From positions 1-38,435 of the forward strand of contig JAIORY010000038.1 of the NCBI GenBank assembly GCA_021107915.1: 38,435 nt of DNA. The letters are read 5' to 3'. Positions 35,790-38,435 of the stretch are shown here, piece by piece. The first letter of the stretch is position 1. Each line of letters opens with the position of its first letter. A program made the position numbers and the translations under genes. Under the pieces are notes generated by a model. The model saw only the letters and a list, made by a program, of their open reading frames with translations. It was not told where the DNA came from and ran no database searches. The stretch comes from Bacteroidales bacterium. GTDB taxonomy: Bacteria; Bacteroidota; Bacteroidia; Bacteroidales; JAIORY01.

Positions 35790-37565
35790 ATGTTAGAAAT
35801 AAGAAGAGTATTTGATCTCTTAGATCAATATAAAGGAAAATATGCTTCAAAAAAGAATGCCTTTGGTTTTAAATCGCATAATGTTTGGAACACATATTCT
35901 TCTTCTGATTATATTAATTATGTCAACGAAATTAGTCTTGGACTAATAGAACTCGGTGTACAAAAGGGCGATAAAATTGCAACCATCATGGTAAATTGCC
36001 CTGAATGGAATTTTATTGATATGGGATTAATGCAGATTGGTGCAATACAAGTGCCAATCTATCCTACCATTAGCACATCAAATTTTAAATATATTTTCAA
36101 TGATGTTGAAGTAAAATTTGTTTTTGTTTCAAATAATGAAATTTTTCAAAAGATAAAACCAATAATCCCTGAAATTGTTTCAATCAAGGAAGTTTATTCA
36201 ATTGAAAAACTGATTGATGTTAAAAACTGGCAGGAAGTATTGAATCTTGGTAAAGAAAGTAATATTAAAGATTTAAAAAATATTAAATCATCAATATTGC
36301 CTGATGAAATCGCAACAATAATTTACACATCCGGAACAACCGGTATTCCAAAAGGAGTGATGCTTTCTCATTTTAATTTAATTAGTAACATAATGGCGTG
36401 TTCCGAAATATCGCCGTTTAAATCGTCGCATCGTGCTTTTAGTTTTCTTCCCTTATGCCATATTTACGAAAGAATGTTAAATTATCTGTATCAAAATTTT
36501 GGTATGTCAATTTATTATTCTGATAATTTTGAAAATATCGGGGAAAATATTCGGGAGGTAAAACCACATACATTTTGTGCGGTACCAAGAGTTCTGGAAA
36601 AAGTATGTGCAAAAATCGAAAGAAAGGGTGATAGCCTTTCGGGAATAAAAAGAAAAATATTTCAATGGGCAGTTTCTATAAGTGATGAATATAAAGTGAA
36701 TAAAAATAATGGTTTTGTGTTTGGGTTAAAAAGAGAATTTGCTGATTTTTTTGTTTTCCGAAAATGGCGAAAGTCTCTTGGAGGCAATCTTATTATGATT
36801 GTTTCCGGTGGTGCTCCACTACAACAACGAATTTCAAGACTTTTTTGGACTGCCCGTATTCCTGTAATGACAGGTTATGGATTAACAGAAACATCACCTG
36901 TGATTGCAGTTTCAAATTTCGGGAAAGATGGTATTAAGTTCGGAACAGTTGGGCCGTTATTAAAAGATGTGGAAGTAAAAATTGCTGAAGATGGTGAGGT
37001 GCTTGTTAAAAGTCCGGGTCTTATGCAAGGGTATTATAATCGTCCGGATAGAACCAAAGAAGTTATTGATAAAGATGGTTGGTTTTATACAGGAGATATT
37101 GGTTGTATTGAGGATGGGAGATACCTGAAAATCACCGACAGGAAAAAAGAAATGTTTAAAACATCAGGAGGAAAATATGTTGCTCCTCAGGTAATTGAAA
37201 ATATTGTGAAAGAATCTCCCTTTATTGAAAAAATTATTGTGATTGGAGAAAAACGAAGATTTACTTCTGCTTTGATACTTCCGAATTTTGAGCATCTTGA
37301 AGCGTGGTGTAAAATAAAAAATATTGATTTTACAACAAATAAAGCCATAATTAAGAACAAACTAATAATTGATAGAATTGACAGGGAAATAAAAGAAATA
37401 AATTTTAAACTTAATAAAGTAGAGCAAATAAAGAAATTCTCATTAATTGCAGATGACTGGACAGTCGAAACAGGAGAGCTATCACCAACTCTTAAATTGC
37501 GCCGGAAATTTATTCAGGAAAAATATAAAGATACTATTAATGGTATTTATAGATTTAAAAATTGA
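35790..37565 (+). CDS. Long-chain acyl-CoA synthetase (AMP-forming), paralog 3 (most divergent)
   Basis: 591 aa. YTSGTTGIPKGV, GYGLTETSP, TGDIG and DRKKEMFKTSGGKYVAPQ are all intact. Confidence 0.85.
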   Translation: MLEIRRVFDLLDQYKGKYASKKNAFGFKSHNVWNTYSSSDYINYVNEISLGLIELGVQKGDKIATIMVNCPEWNFIDMGLMQIGAIQVPIYPTISTSNFKYIFNDVEVKFVFVSNNEIFQKIKPIIPEIVSIKEVYSIEKLIDVKNWQEVLNLGKESNIKDLKNIKSSILPDEIATIIYTSGTTGIPKGVMLSHFNLISNIMACSEISPFKSSHRAFSFLPLCHIYERMLNYLYQNFGMSIYYSDNFENIGENIREVKPHTFCAVPRVLEKVCAKIERKGDSLSGIKRKIFQWAVSISDEYKVNKNNGFVFGLKREFADFFVFRKWRKSLGGNLIMIVSGGAPLQQRISRLFWTARIPVMTGYGLTETSPVIAVSNFGKDGIKFGTVGPLLKDVEVKIAEDGEVLVKSPGLMQGYYNRPDRTKEVIDKDGWFYTGDIGCIEDGRYLKITDRKKEMFKTSGGKYVAPQVIENIVKESPFIEKIIVIGEKRRFTSALILPNFEHLEAWCKIKNIDFTTNKAIIKNKLIIDRIDREIKEINFKLNKVEQIKKFSLIADDWTVETGELSPTLKLRRKFIQEKYKDTINGIYRFKN

Positions 37566-37610
37566 GATTTGGAATTTAATTAAACTTTAGTCACTCCAAT
37601 TACTATTCTT

Positions 37611-38252
37611 CTACAAAACATAAAGTATAACAGCAAAAAAATGACAAATCGTTCCGCCTAAAACAAACAAATGCCAGATACTGTGTCCAAATGGTAAACG
37701 GCGCCACAAATAAAAAACAACTCCAATCGAATAAGTAAAACATCCTGACATTAATAACCAAAATCCAGGTGTGGGTAAGCTCGCATAAAGTGGTTTTATT
37801 GCGATAAGCAAAACCCATCCTATTGCAACATAAAGCAAAGTTGATAATGTTCGGTATTTGCCGATAAAAAAGATTTTTAAAATAATTCCTGCTATTGCTG
37901 CAAGCCAAACTACACCAAAAATGCTCCAGCCCCACGGTCCTCGTATTGTAACTAAAGTAAATGGTGTATATGTTGCAGCAATTAGAATAAATACTGCTGA
38001 ATGATCAATAATATTTAAAATGCTTTTGATTTTAAAATTCCGAAAAGCATGAAATAATGTAGAAGATGTATAAACCATTATCATCCCGACACCAAAAATA
38101 CTGAAACTGACAATGTGCCACGCATCTCCACGTAAGCTTGCAAAAACAACTAATAAAACTAATCCGCTAATACTCAACAAAAGACCTATTCCATGTGTTA
38201 TAGAATTTGCAATTTCTTCTTTTAAACTTTGATGTTGATAGTTTACATCCAT
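37611..38252 (-). CDS. Hemolysin III / PAQR family membrane protein
   Basis: Seven predicted TM segments. Conserved His/Asp positions are ANSITHGIG, STLFHAF, IIDHSAVF and GHSIWHLFVLGG. The track start at 38273 is a TTG; an in-frame ATG at 38252 (MDVNYQ) is the alternative used here. Confidence 0.8.
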   Translation of the reverse strand: MDVNYQHQSLKEEIANSITHGIGLLLSISGLVLLVVFASLRGDAWHIVSFSIFGVGMIMVYTSSTLFHAFRNFKIKSILNIIDHSAVFILIAATYTPFTLVTIRGPWGWSIFGVVWLAAIAGIILKIFFIGKYRTLSTLLYVAIGWVLLIAIKPLYASLPTPGFWLLMSGCFTYSIGVVFYLWRRLPFGHSIWHLFVLGGTICHFFAVILYVL

Positions 38253-38435
38253 ATTATTTTTTTCAATTATCAAGATTAACTTTAAGAATTAACGAGTAGT
38301 ATTTTTTTTTAGTACTGTGTTGGAGTATTTTTTAGATCGGATTGTACTTTTGTATGTTTTAATCATTCTCGTATATATTTATTAACCCATTATTCTCTAT
38401 ATATTGATATAGTATCTTAATAATTGTTAAAAGTC

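Noticed and set aside
1-38435. Defence system, prophage, integrative element or biosynthetic gene cluster
   Set aside because: I found no nuclease, helicase, methylase, integrase, transposase, phage structural or PKS/NRPS-type ORFs, no tRNA attachment site and no flanking direct repeats bounding an island. Gene content is housekeeping plus a few accessory paralog families.

Overview
Visibly AT-rich chromosomal segment with Bacteroidota hallmarks: T9SS C-terminal sorting domains, a gldA-like ABC ATPase, TAnnTTTG promoter-like motifs, and a dcw cluster without murF. Most of it is conserved housekeeping. (i) 263-4844: two tandem T9SS-secreted beta-propeller-repeat paralogs, each preceded by an orphan CTD-only mini-ORF and a stem-loop. 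(ii) 4949-8699: gldA-like ATPase, then rplM-rpsI-rpsB-tsf. (iii) 8767-25008, minus strand: yqeY, then the full dcw cluster mraZ-rsmH-ftsL-ftsI-murE-mraY-murD-ftsW-murG-murC-ftsQ-ftsA-ftsZ, with a triple GTGGTA MraZ operator upstream. (iv) 25243-27741: an O-acyltransferase plus OlsB/GlsB-like N-acyltransferase pair (lipoamino-acid type) and engB. (v) 27800-31858: two cytoplasmic PAS histidine kinases, one hybrid with Cys-rich motifs. (vi) 32186-37565: three tandem long-chain acyl-CoA synthetase paralogs, convergent with a hemolysin-III/PAQR gene. I found no tRNA/rRNA, CRISPR array, transposase/integrase or recognisable defence genes, and I cannot point to a convincing new multi-gene system. The most unusual signals are the mosaic T9SS duplication (a 967-bp zero-mismatch block inside diverged paralogs), the intact orphan CTD mini-ORFs, a dispersed 16-17 bp tandem-repeat family (one copy fills an atypical ftsL-ftsI gap), the Cys-rich sensor motifs and the triplicated acyl-CoA synthetases. 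The ORF track uses TTG as well as ATG starts, so several 5' ends were re-evaluated.
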